64,000 nt of DNA from Stylophora pistillata (lineage: Eukaryota): assembly GCF_002571385.2 (NCBI RefSeq), contig NW_019218320.1, positions 111,199 through 175,198 of the forward strand, given 5' to 3'. The notes under the pieces are model-generated. The model made no database searches and had not been told where the DNA came from. It saw nothing but the letters and a program-made list of their open reading frames with translations. The first letter of the stretch is position 1; each line of letters begins with the position of its first letter. Shown one piece after another: positions 12,157 through 24,092 of this stretch. The position numbers and the translations under genes are program-made.

Positions 12157-12396
12157 TATGGTAGTGATATAATTTGAATATATCAACAAAGTTGAAATGG
12201 TAAATTGGCTACCGTTACGATTATAAAAGCTGACGTTTCGAGCGTTAGACCTTCGTCGAAACATCAGCTTTTATAATCGTAACGGTGGCCGATTTACCAT
12301 TTCAACTTTGTTGATATATTCAAATTATTTCGTTACCCCCACCGACACAGCCCCAAACAGTTTCTTTAGAAACTATCAGCATTTATGGTAGTGATA
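12157..12396. mobile_element. Penelope-like pLTR remnant with 5' inversion, truncated minimal hammerhead and 13-bp TSD
   Basis: TSD TATGGTAGTGATA at 12157-12169 and 12384-12396; about 72-bp inverted arms at 12170-12241 and 12256-12327; the minus strand reads GACGAAGGTCTAACGCTCGAAACGTCAGC (hammerhead-like core). Confidence 0.75.
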
Positions 12397-12425
12397 GTTG
12401 AATCGACGTAACTAGCTGTTATTAT

Positions 12426-12793
12426 AGGGACTTTGAGCAAACCACGACGGCTACGGCAACGAGAACGTGGAAAAACAATAGATCTAATTGGCAGAACAGT
12501 AGTCTAGCACGTGCGTTTTAAAACTTTGTACATTTCTTAGCCGTCCTTTGCAAAACAACGACGTGAAATCACCAAAATTTACGTCGTCTGCGAAGCGAAA
12601 CTGCGGCGGCAAATTATTTTAATTTACATTTGGAACTCAACGCTACTTTTATGCGTTATGTTGAGTTTGAGGTCTGGCGCCCTATGAGACGGTAAACACA
12701 TGCAGCCATTTTCCAAATACTAACTAAAAGTAGAAACTAATTTTTTAATCGACGTCTTCCGTGGCGTTGCCGTCCTGACTGCTTAAAGTCCCT
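12426..12793. mobile_element. MITE with terminal inverted repeats (possibly PIF/Harbinger type)
   Basis: AGGGACTTTGAGCA..TGCTTAAAGTCCCT termini; subterminal GACGGCTACGGCAACG / CGTGGCGTTGCCGTC. Confidence 0.75.
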
Positions 12794-13838
12794 TGTTACT
12801 TTGTTACTTTCATTCCTTCAACATGTGAAATGTCTTTTGTTATATAATAGTGCGATTACGGCCATGTCACCGGCTTTGTTGATCCAGCTTGTGTCAGGTG
12901 AAAAGAATAACATTTTATTGGGCAAATAAAATGTTCAAAAGTATCGTAAATAAATATATAACAAATTTTTGGGTAAGAAACTAAAACAATCGATGTCTCT
13001 TCAAATAAAAGCCTTACGAACCCCGGGTACTTGAGGATTGTGTGGCATATGAAAAATTTAAATTACCTTACGGGAGTAAAGTGCTGTCACTTTGCTGAGA
13101 CGTTCTAAATTCAAAGTTATACCAATTTAGCAGATCGCCAAGGGAATTTCTGAGGATAGTGAAGAGGGATATTGGGCAATGGAATGGAAAATAGGGACGA
13201 AATTATCGTCCGACGTTTGAATGTTTTCTTTTTATGAAACATCAAAATGGAGAAATATGTTTAAAACTTCTATTGTTTCGAAAATCGTGTCATAGATGTC
13301 ACACTGCTAATTTATTTCATTCATAAGAAAAATGGAGGTTGATGTATTTTTTGGCTCATCTGATTTTCTTGTTAAAACTAACTTTTTTAAGGAAGCGAGC
13401 TTATTTCATTTTTTATGACGGACGTGCGCTCCGTTTGAGAGTGGGTTTGTTGGTTGTGGGAACTGGGGGGTCTTGAACCTTTGCATAAAGTTGATTTGAA
13501 CGTCACAGCAAAAGCCGCTTTTATTCAGAATATCTGGCGTTGACTTCCGTCACAAATGACGTCTCTTGTTATCTTGTGCTTTATCATCGATGTGTCAGTT
13601 TCCTGCTTAGCTTAAACAACAAACAGCTAGAAGATGTTAACATTGTTCGATTCTGCTCTTGATAAACGTAATGATTGTGTGGTGAGCATATTTGTATCCA
13701 CCGCAGCCCAGGATTCTGTGTAAGGAAGTTGGAAATTTGAGCAACTCGTAAAAATGACAACTCATGTTCTGAAACACCCTGACCACCCTGAGAAAGTGCA
13801 TGTCTGCTTATGCCTTTTCGAAGTGGAAAGGTGCATAT

Positions 13839-14082
13839 AATCAAGTGTTGCTGGCAGGCGACCGTGTAGGAATGCGCTAATTTGCGGCGAGAAAGCCCAC
13901 CTTGATCAATGGTCCTTTGATTAATCACAGAAGGAGAACGCTACTTGTTTATTTTCTGGAACCCCTTTATTATTAGAACCACCCCTCACCCGTGCACAGT
14001 GAAGAGGTTTATGTACAGGAAGTTAAATCAAGTGCTGCTGGCAGGCTATCGTTCAGGAATGCGCTTTGCGGTTAGAAGGCCT
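13839..14082 (+). repeat. Diverged direct repeat of about 58 bp (13839-13898 and 14026-14082)
   Basis: AATCAAGTGTTGCTGGCAGGC..AGGAATGCGCT..TTGCGG versus AATCAAGTGCTGCTGGCAGGC..AGGAATGCGCTTTGCGG. Confidence 0.75.
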
Positions 14083-17000
14083 TGTTGACTTTGCTGAAGC
14101 GAAGCCAAAGTTGATACTTCCTTGATCTCTCAAGGGAAACAAGAAATGGTTTCGGCGATATCAACGTAGTCTACAGTCAGAGATCGTTATAGTCGAAGAC
14201 GACTCACAACGGTAATCCAAGGAGGGCGGATTTTCGAAATTGGGTTTTCGAGACAAATATTACAAACAGGATCAGAATGGTGCTTAAGCGCCTAGCTTGA
14301 AAGGAAACAAGTCGCAAAAGATTGGAGACCGAAAAACAATTTTAGTGTAGGCGTTATTTTTATGACTAAGTAAACATGCTTTGAAATCGTTTCTTCCTGC
14401 GACGCTAAAACCCTTGAGTCGTGACTAAGCCGCAGTGGAGAAGGGGTTTCACAGTATCGCATTCTTTGACAGAATTGATTGAGCGGAAGTCAAAACAATT
14501 AATGAGTCAAAAAGCTTGTCTTAAGTGTCAGCAATACCTTATTTGTATTTTTCAACAAATATTTGCAGAGGAAATTTCAAGTCAAATTTAGACTGGTTTA
14601 AATGTCCTTACTTGTCCCTCCCTTGAAAACCGAAAGAGAATTTTTTTTTTGCGGGGGGGAGGGGGAGCTTTTTGTGGGGGCTGAAATACCCGGCCACTCA
14701 TTTACATGTCATTGAATAAGAATAGCATCTATTGTGTTATGCTTCATTCTTCAAAGCCTCCCGACACATGTAAATGATGTGGACGGGTATTCTGAAGTTG
14801 CTCCAAAATTATCCTTCATTGATAATGGTGATATCAATGATACTACTACTAATAATAGTAACAATGATAATAAGAACCTTCCGGCTTTAGTGAGTGCGCC
14901 GAGTCCTCGTTAGAATTTATAGAAGAGAAAAACGATTTTTTCCTTCCTCGCAAACTTACTACAATTACAAACCCGTGCTGTCAAGGAAAGTCTCAGACGA
15001 TTTTTGGTTGCAGTTAATCAAGTCACGGTTTAAAATTTCAGTTCCAGAGCTCAGTCTGACATTCAACAGACCGTCAACCTCCAGCTACTTGTAAAAGATG
15101 TTTTTTCGAATATAATACCCTCATTTATGCCGTATTACGCAATGAAACACTTCGATTCTTCTTCCTCTTGAAAATCGTTGGTTCGTGTACGTTCATGTGC
15201 TGCCTAATGTATCCATGAATCAGTCGAATCCCGGCCACAGCCGTTATAGGCGAGCGCTCTCCGGCAACCGCGCCATTCCTTTTATCCGATTAGTTTAAAA
15301 TCTATTAACTTTCTTTCACAACTTGTGCCGTCTGATTGGCTATGCCATTCGCAATCTATCACGCAGTGGATGGTGACAGAACTTTCATTGAAAGTAGGGA
15401 AATTCATCTTCTAGTTGTGGTTTTTTAATTTCATAGAGTTCTCGTGGTCAAATTCCACTATCTCAAGCTTCCTATTTATGTGACAAGAAGAGAGAGCAAA
15501 TTCATAATTATGATGCACAGGAAGATTATTTTCTCGCAGGGAACAGTTCATGCTAACATGACATGACGAGGCACACGTGCTAAATCAAGTTAACCTTCAG
15601 GAAATGTAAAATTAAAAAGCAAGGAAAGCAGGTTTTCAGTGTATCGGGAAATTTTTAAAAAGCTTAGCCTTTTCTTTGGCAGAAACCTTTTTTGTTTGTT
15701 TGTTTTAAATTGTAGGACACTTTTTAAATGTTTGCGGAAGGCTTACAGTACAGCGCAATTTCTCTATTGTCCTCCCAGTTCCTGTCGATTTGTGTGGGCA
15801 AGCGTGTCCATCAAGGAACATTTTTCCTGCAGATTAGCGTGAATGGCATAATTCAGCTGAGAAATCGTTGACTGAAAAAAAGGTAACTTACAGCGGGAAA
15901 AACTGAGTGAAACGGTGTTGCACAGTATTAAAATTACATTTTTCTACCTTGCGCAACAGAGTGATAAGTGAAGTAAGTCACATTCTTGTAACAAGGTGCA
16001 CGTTTTTCGTAAACGTCATGGAAGAACATCCGCAAAAAATGTTGATCCTATGTCAATCGGAACTTGGAACTGGGTAAGTACTAAGAGATAGGAAAAAGAA
16101 CCATTTACTTTTATATGGAAAGAAAATAAAGCTACCGTGTCTGTTTTATTTTATGGTGAGGCTACAGCACGATATTTTGAGTCAAAAGTCCCTTCAGGTT
16201 AGAGGAGACCACAAAGTAGGTAGGACAGAAAAACACAAACTAGGTGGCGATAAAACAAGACTGAAGGAGCAAGGAAAGCTAATAGAAATGACGAGGCAGG
16301 CTCATCTTGTGACGCCTTCATATCTGTAAGTGACGATAACTTCTCATGTACGTGAGTGCATCCTGTATGTAACGGCAGAACAGATATTGATAACATATGC
16401 ATACGACTTACGAGCGAGGAAAATGTTGTGGAGTTGTTCTAAATGATAAAGCGTTGTTAAGGGTTTCACAAGGGTCATATAATATTAATAAACGCTTTGT
16501 TTTGTCTGTTCAGCTGACTATTTTGGCCGGTGATCTGTACTACACACCCACACACAATAACTGAGCTCATCTGCTTTTGTTCAATGACCTTCACTGATTC
16601 ACTGACCTTAGCAATGCCGTAATTTTTAAAGGGAAATCCGGTTCACTTTTTTTTTAACTGATTGTTTACTGCAGGTGTGTTCAAGTTTTTTGTTTTTTTT
16701 TTTGTTTTTTTGTTTTCTTTTTATTTTATAATTTCAGCCAGTATACAATAACCAATATCAGACACTCAAACAGGTGTTTTCCAAGGCGGTTAGGGACTAT
16801 AAAATGAGTCATTCGAGCAATCTAGCTAGAGGTCCGGTCATTTTAATTAACACTGCCTAAGCGTAAGGGGGGAAGGGGGTAGGGTGAGAGGATTTTGGTG
16901 GTGTCATAAAAAAAATTTACCCGATTCCCCCCCTTAAAGCCTCTCTAGTATGGTCTCCCTTTAATGATCCCCATTATCAACCAGTAAATTTTCCATAGCC

Positions 17001-19309
17001 CTCTCTTTAAACCCTGTTAGAGACGATCCCCCACGATCCCCCACTGTTTCCACAAAAACCATTCGATCCACGCCAAAATCCTTCAACCCTCCTCTCCCCT
17101 GGTCTCTTAGATTCGTGACCCAGGTTGCGTCACGGTACAAGTTTTTTGGCATGCTTTCTTAATGCTATAAAAGATTTTGATCGGCTTCAGTTTCCCTATA
17201 ATTATCTGAGAGGCTACTCACAGCATGCACGTTTCCAGAAATGGGCGAGGTACATGAAGAGGAACTATGAAATATGCGGATTATATTGTCTACCAATACA
17301 TGAGAGAGGGGCTACTTCATGCATCTTATACAGATTTTAACTATAAATTTGACAGTGTCAGGAGAAGTGGCTATCTGCTTAATTTTTGAAGTGTTTCATT
17401 CATGTGTTACTCCCTTGGATTACGATTTTGTGACAGTCCCAAGTTTATACTACATCTTTATTTATGTAGAAATTGGCCAGCGCAGAAACAGTGAGAGAGA
17501 ACCAAGTCTCCGCGCCCCCGCTGAATTTCGGAAAGAAATGTTTCAAAAAAAGAGGATCCTGTCCACTTATTTAGTAAAGAAAGGAAACAAGTTGATTTCT
17601 ATCAACAGGAAGACAGGAAGTACCTTTTTTTATCTATGGGCCAAAAATAGTTCCTACTTGGGGTAACGATTGTACGCGTGGTATTATTAACAAGTTTGTG
17701 TAACTGGGGATTTATCTTACCTCCGACAATGGTATTATTTTCGTTTTATATCCACTTAATTGTAACAAGGAATGTAGGCTGCCTTCTGGGGAGACAATTA
17801 TGGTACATCTGATTAAAAAAAAAGCAATAATAATAATGATAACGACATTTTACATAACTATATTTGACATACTTTTTAAGTAACTATGGTTTGGTTTAAA
17901 TCAGAATATGCTCCAGATATGCTGATACTAAAATTTTTTTCAGAACAATTAAAGGTAAAGTTTGAAGTTTCAAAAACTAATAAATGGATTTGTGGATTAA
18001 AAAAAAAATCGAAACAAAACAAACTTGCTCAACATGTCAATTTCAGTGGGATCTGACAATGCGTCTAGTTCATTTAAATTTTGTTATAATCTGTAATTTT
18101 CAAACAAGGCACTTTTAAATCTTTTCAGTGGGTGTAATTCGGTAAAGAAAAACTTTTACTGAAAAGGTAGCTTTTCGATGCGTGGGGACATCCAGTCTGA
18201 CAAAAAACAAGAAAAACTTCGAAAACGTGACTTCTTACTTGTTTACGTGTAACGAACACCAACGTCCTTGGACGTCACGCTAGGACGTTTAAAATATTTG
18301 CATATTTAGTAAAACCTGTAATTTGAAGAATCTTTGTTAGGCCAAGGGGATTGAAATTACAGATTATCTTAATTTAACAACGTTATTCACGTATTGAAGT
18401 TTCTTTTGGTTTCAATGTGACTAAAAAGTGGATGTGAGTCGCTGAAAGTAAAAATAAAACTACTTTAATCGATGACCTAAGTGCCCACTCAATGTATTCA
18501 TTTCCCGTTTGATCAAACGGGGTTTCACAACTTTCAAATGTTCCTCAAACGCATGTTCCTCATTCCGCTCCGATGCTAACGTTTAAATAAAGGTTTTAAA
18601 ATCGAAAGACTGAAGCATGACTTAGCGAAAATGATGTACAAAATTTTTTTCTTTGTTTCATTTTTCTTGATTATTTTTGTTACTAAAACACAAGGGTACG
18701 CCGACCAAGAAAAATCCCGACGAACTAGCTTTTTATTTTTAGAAATTCAGCCACTGAATCGGGGGTGTCGCTTTTTAAACAATGGCATAAAAATCTTAAA
18801 ATTTTTTTTCTCTTAAATAGGTTATCATCGTATTTTTAATTCAAAGATACTCAAAATACAAGATTAATTTGCACTGTACTAGGTTCGTGTCCTGACAGAA
18901 TTCTAAACGAATTCGAAGGGATTCAGAAAATAAATCATTTTGTCGGCAGTAAAAACACACTAAATTACGTTTTACACATATCTAGCGACTGAGTGCGTTT
19001 CTGTAGTGATGTTTTACCATATTGCTGTTTAGAACGTAAACAAAATGCAAAATTGTGATATCATTCAACAGGAAGTCTGATTTCATGTCTTGTCTTCCCG
19101 TACTTTCTGCAGTGGTGTGCGAGAACAACACTCACTAATGATGTCAATGCAATTTCCGCAACTTACAGCTGCTCTTCGACATAACTCGAAGCGAAAAATG
19201 TATATTTCAGCTTTCCCTAGAGCAAAAACTAGTTAAGGTGAGAACAGAGTATGTATTCATGTCGGTGAAATCACTTGAGTTGCGCACTGGCTTCTGAGAA
19301 TGTCATATG

Positions 19310-19360
19310 TCACGTGACGTTACTCTTTGCTATAACTTCCGCACACGATAGCTATATAGT
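19310..19360 (+). promoter_or_regulatory. Putative core promoter of the ABIN-like gene (E-box TCACGTGAC, CRE-like TGACGT, TATA-like TATATA)
   Basis: Motifs seen 90-140 bp upstream of the first ATG (19449). Confidence 0.4.
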
Positions 19361-19448
19361 CTTCATTACGCGATGCAGTCAGGAAAGAGAACGAGCGGTT
19401 GGGCATGCACAGATCGTAAGAATAAAATTGCTAAAATCCGAAACCTCG

Positions 19449-20315
19449 ATGGATGATAATAAGGATGCGAAAGAAGCAAGAATCGAACTTGAATTAGAAA
19501 GAACAAACGCGTACGTTCTCTCTCTTCTCAAGGACAAACGACGATTGAACGCGGATTTGGAGAACGAACGTAAGTTGTCAAGGAAGTTGAAGGAAGAATG
19601 TTATGATTTGAGAAAGAGACTCAGAGAATGGGAGACAGCAGGGAGTGATTCGGCCGCTTGCTCTAATACTAATTCCCTCGTTAGCGTAAGCGATCGAGGC
19701 GGAGCGGAAGATCTCGCGTCGAAAATCGAAGCTCTTGAGAATAGTTTGCGCGAATCACGCGCGCAAATTATATCACTTGAGGATCACAAAACAGTGTTGG
19801 AGTCGGAAATCTTGAGATTAGCAGAAGCGCTTGGAAAGGACAATTCATGTTCTGAGCTGGAGCTCTACGTAGAACAGCTAAGTATTTACGAAAATGACTT
19901 TCAGAAAGAGAGAAGTGACAAAGAAAAAGCAGAGAGTAAGGTCTCCGAGCTTTCAGAACAAATCACAGACTGTCAAGACCTAATATCGACACTCACCCGT
20001 GAGGTAGACATGTACAAGAACGCTTTTGAGCGAGAGAAAAGGGACAAAGAAGTGGCAATGATGCGGGAAAGAAGTGAAACGACCATACATAATCTACCCT
20101 CTTATTCGCAATCGACACTGCCGAACTTTCCTGGAAATTTAAGCGATCAGGCTCGAGTTGCGTTACCCGTATCCGCGCCACATCTTCAAGTTGTTTATCC
20201 TATTGTAGACTCTGGGATGCAGCAGCAAGACTCCAAGCGAAAAAGGGAACTTCATCGCAGAGGTGTTCTCACTCGAGATACCCCTGACACAACGGATTTC
20301 TTCTGTGGTAGCTGA
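19449..20315 (+). CDS. Intronless ABIN/TNIP (NEMO/optineurin family)-like coiled-coil protein with UBAN motif, 288 aa from the first ATG
   Basis: Heptad-rich sequence; LELYVEQLSIYENDFQKERSDKEKA matches the UBAN/AHD2 consensus (DFxxERxxRE). The ORF-track start at 19275 is a non-ATG codon. Confidence 0.8.
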   Translation: MDDNKDAKEARIELELERTNAYVLSLLKDKRRLNADLENERKLSRKLKEECYDLRKRLREWETAGSDSAACSNTNSLVSVSDRGGAEDLASKIEALENSLRESRAQIISLEDHKTVLESEILRLAEALGKDNSCSELELYVEQLSIYENDFQKERSDKEKAESKVSELSEQITDCQDLISTLTREVDMYKNAFEREKRDKEVAMMRERSETTIHNLPSYSQSTLPNFPGNLSDQARVALPVSAPHLQVVYPIVDSGMQQQDSKRKRELHRRGVLTRDTPDTTDFFCGS

Positions 20316-22667
20316 TTTTGAGCTGATGCGTGTGAAAAATATATTTCATTAATATTAAACTACTACAGTCTGTCAACAATCTGTAGCTTAAGACTTCCTC
20401 ATTGCGGACATGCCTTCCTTTGTGTGAAAGCTAACCGCAGAGGATCGAAGAGAGCAGGAGAGCCACAAAACCACAAGGATAATCGAAGACATATTACTGC
20501 TATGTATTTTTTGGCAGAAATTGGACAGCTTCGCTGATGGTAAAATGCTCCACAGTAATAAGAATGGATTTATATCGAAAACGAGCTCTGCGCGGAAACA
20601 GGACTTTTGTAAATGTACATTTGCATTAACAATCATCTCAAGCACTATTACGTGAGATGTAAAATCACGAAGAAAAATATCAACTTTATATGAAATGAAA
20701 TTCAGAAAATCAGCTTATGTCGAAACATGCTGCAGAAAAAAGTAATTAACTGTAAATCGTGTTTGAAACCAGCTGGCTGTGTGTTAGGATTTAATCGACT
20801 TCTGTGTGAAAGTTTTGTACATACAAATAAAAAAAACTCGTGCCATTTACATATGGCTTGTTTTAATGCGAACTTATCGCTCACAAAAAAAGTTTACTGC
20901 TAGATTTTACTTTATAAAAGATATTTTTGTTTTCGAATTAGAGTCGTGGCGGTGTTTATAGACGGGATTTGAAGGTTCCGAAGGAGGAACTTGAGCAGAA
21001 GAGCGGCTGGTAAGAGTCCCATAGAAGTTCCTGTGGTATGGAAAACGATAAATTTTGGTTTTTACAATCACAACAAAAGAGGTAAAGGGGCTAACGAAAA
21101 AGAGTGCATAACCGAAAAGACGGATGTTTAAAATTATCTTGAAGGTAAATCTAGAAAAGTTTATCAGGTCAAACAGCTGAGGTACGAGGTTGCCATGTCA
21201 TCGTCAACTTGGGGGCAGGAAGTCGTTGCGTTAGAGTTTCCTGTTAGGAAAAATTTCCTTAAAAAAAGCCAACCTTATATGGGGAGAAACACTTAGGACA
21301 ACAATAAGAGGTCAAAAGTGATTAGAACTGCCAGTTACGCTTGGAGGATCCCTGTTTATTTGAATCATCGTAACAGTTTTGAAGTACTTTTTCGATTTTT
21401 GACATTTCATCTCTTGGGGAAGTAAATTTTTATTCCCCTAGATGCTTTAAAAATCATGTCAATCGCCTATTGTATTCGAAAAGCTAATTTTTGAGGTTAT
21501 TATATAACTTTGAGTGAATGAAAGGAAAGTCAGAATATTTCTCTTCAGCTTTAGTGCAAAATCACTGATGATTCCAAAGAAATTTGGTAAACACCTTCAT
21601 ATTCGATATTTTTTAGCATTGCTCAAGTGCATCGACTCAAATTTCAACTTCCCGACTTTGTCGGCCCATGGGGAGGGGGCCGGGGGGAGAGAAAGGCTTT
21701 CATGTGATCTCAGAGTAAGGTAAAACCTATCTCCCTATTAATCCTATTTTTCTGTAAAAATAAAGATATTTTCACAGAAATAAGAGTATCCGAATTCATG
21801 GATTCCCAGAATAGACAAACTCATTTGTCAGCGTGGGACAGGCAAAGCTGTTCCGATTCCGTACCAGTAGTCGAACCTGTCATAACAGAATTAAAATCTT
21901 ATCAAGATTTAATACTCTGTAAATTACCAAGAAACTGAACATCGAAGAAGAATTATCATCGCTGGTAGCAGTTTTTAAATTTCCTTTCAGCGTGAACGGC
22001 GACTCTGATGCAACAGCTGTGTTCAGTTTGCGACACACCGACAAAATTTGGACGCGTGACGCAGTCAACAGTGTTGTGTGATCTGAATGGTTCGTGTTGC
22101 GTGATTGAAATATTTCGTTCTCAACTCAAAGCTTTGTGCTTGGAGATATTTTACAGGTGAAATAATTTTCGCTTCGTGAAGCATCATCAGTTTTACTCAA
22201 CTTTGATTCAAGAACAAAAAGTTTTATTTCTGAAATTCCAAAAGTTAACTGCGGCCTTTTCAAGAAACAATTTTGTTCACGCGAAAGGTACCCACCTCTC
22301 CAAACAAAAACAATTTCTTATGGATTGAATTTCCTAGCTACGAAGGTTCCTGAGAAAAATCAACTTTATACACTTGAAAAAAAGAAACATTTTATTTACA
22401 GTTAAATCCAGTAATGACTACATACAAAATCAAATACATCAAAAAATCTTAAATTTGTTTACGTTCCTTGATTGAGATTTGACAAGGATTGAAAATTACA
22501 AGCTCACTAATATCTGATTGTCTACATTGATCTTTTTTAACGTTGACGCAAAATTATATACCACTGAACAGAAAGCAGTGTTCTAGAATGAAGCACTTCG
22601 ATTTTGGATCGAGTTTTCACTTCAGGAAGCTACAGAATCGTAATGATCACGTTGATATCAAGTAATG

Positions 22668-23534
22668 CTAGCTTTCATCGCTGACCTTATCTTCTAGATC
22701 ATTGAGGATCGAACAGATATATTTCACAGCTGCCCTTCGAGCACATTTTACATTCTCTTGACCGTCCGTTTCGATTAAGTCTAAGCCAAGTATGCAAAGA
22801 GTTAAATGTTCTTCCAAATAAAGGAATTCTTTGTCCTTCCTTTTACCGTTGAAGGCCACCACCCTGGGAATTAGTTCTGTGGCTCGCGCCAATTCAGTCT
22901 TTATTGCAGCAAGCTTCTGTTCGTTCAGAGGTTGTATTTCAGGTTGTGAGTCACCTTGATTATCGACTACCGGTCGACTTTCCTTTGCACTTTCGACATC
23001 TGTCGTCAATGGCATGGATCTGTAATGGTCTGACGTCTTATCAGTCTCTTCAGCGGCTTGTTGCTCATTATCAGTGATCTCTGCATTTGTGCAATCACAC
23101 GGATTTTCTTCCTTACAAGTTTCCTCGTGAGAGTCGTTGGTTGCCACAGTTTCTTCCTGGGGTTGATATTCGATAGGTATATTCCACTCAGCTTGGGTTA
23201 ATTTTGGCTGTGGTGAACTTGTTTGTTTTGTGTCCCCTTTCCGTTTCTCACCCTCGTGCTTCGAGGAGGGGTTTTCCCTTGCATTGTGCTGCTTAGGGAC
23301 TTCAACTGCATAATCCATCGTTTGTTGATCTTGTTTAACCCGTCTTGTTTTCTTCCTTGTTGAAACTTTTCGTGGGTTGGTAGGTGGAAAGCAAACTCCT
23401 GGGTTTTCCCAAAAGGGAAACTGCCTTTCCCCGTAAAAATCGCCAAAGCCCATGAAGATGTCTCCTCCGTACTGGCCGCGTCGAGGTGGATAGTCAGTTG
23501 CCCAAGGATCTCCGTAAATGTTGTCACCGTACAT
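22668..23534 (-). CDS. BAG-domain Hsp70 nucleotide-exchange factor (BAG3/BAG4-like), intronless, 288 aa
   Basis: C-terminal FNGKRKDKEFLYLEEHLTLCILGLDLIETDGQENVKCARRAAVKYICSILNDLE is a BAG domain; WNIPIEY is an IPV-like motif; ATG at 23534. Confidence 0.88.
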   Translation of the reverse strand: MYGDNIYGDPWATDYPPRRGQYGGDIFMGFGDFYGERQFPFWENPGVCFPPTNPRKVSTRKKTRRVKQDQQTMDYAVEVPKQHNARENPSSKHEGEKRKGDTKQTSSPQPKLTQAEWNIPIEYQPQEETVATNDSHEETCKEENPCDCTNAEITDNEQQAAEETDKTSDHYRSMPLTTDVESAKESRPVVDNQGDSQPEIQPLNEQKLAAIKTELARATELIPRVVAFNGKRKDKEFLYLEEHLTLCILGLDLIETDGQENVKCARRAAVKYICSILNDLEDKVSDES

Positions 23535-23616
23535 CGTCAATATAGTGAACTTCTCGCAAACGTGAATTCTTCTCCTGCTTTCAAATTTCTTTATGAAATA
23601 GCATAAGGGACGCTAC

Positions 23617-24018
23617 TTTTATAGCGGAGAGTTTATATATTTCTAGAGAATGATAGAGCGTGCTGGAACGATTTGTAACTACCTATTTTTAATACATATG
23701 AGAGTCATTCTCTAGAAATGAGTGGAACCTTCGGGAAAACCCTGGAAGATTCTTGGTTTGCTCTCCACGGTGGGGTAAAGTTATTTTTTTGGTAAGTCCT
23801 AAATAAACTTTTAGGTGACACACTGTAACACTTTTTTCTACCCTATCTTAATAAAAGATAAAGATAGAGCTCGAAGAGTTCACAGTTTGTGTGTATGTGA
23901 TTAAGGGACGAGGAAGAAATTAATTCGTGAAGTGTATATGTACACCTACCCATCCCCTAAAAGTGTATTCTACAAAGAACCTTCTGGAATATTCGAGAAA
24001 GTTACCGCATAGTATAAA
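23617..24018. promoter_or_regulatory. Bidirectional heat-shock promoter with two TATA boxes and multi-unit HSEs
   Basis: Minus-strand TATAAAA at 23623-23617; HSE gGAAccTTCggGAAaaCCCtgGAAgaTTCt at 23724-23753; perfect 5-unit HSE aGAAccTTCtgGAAtaTTCgaGAAa at 23976-24000; plus-strand TATAAA at 24013-24018. Confidence 0.85.
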
Positions 24019-24092
24019 GACCACCACGTTCACGAAAGCGACGCAGACCGATAAAGTGTTTGAAGTGAAAGGACCGAGTCCTCGCTGAAATA

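Noticed and set aside
19275-19448. N-terminal 58 codons of the 346-aa ORF in the track
   Set aside because: It starts at a non-ATG codon and overlaps TATA and E-box motifs; the first ATG is at 19449.
21798-22080. Possible coding remnant between the ABIN-like and BAG genes
   Set aside because: Only short frames and no recognisable homology.
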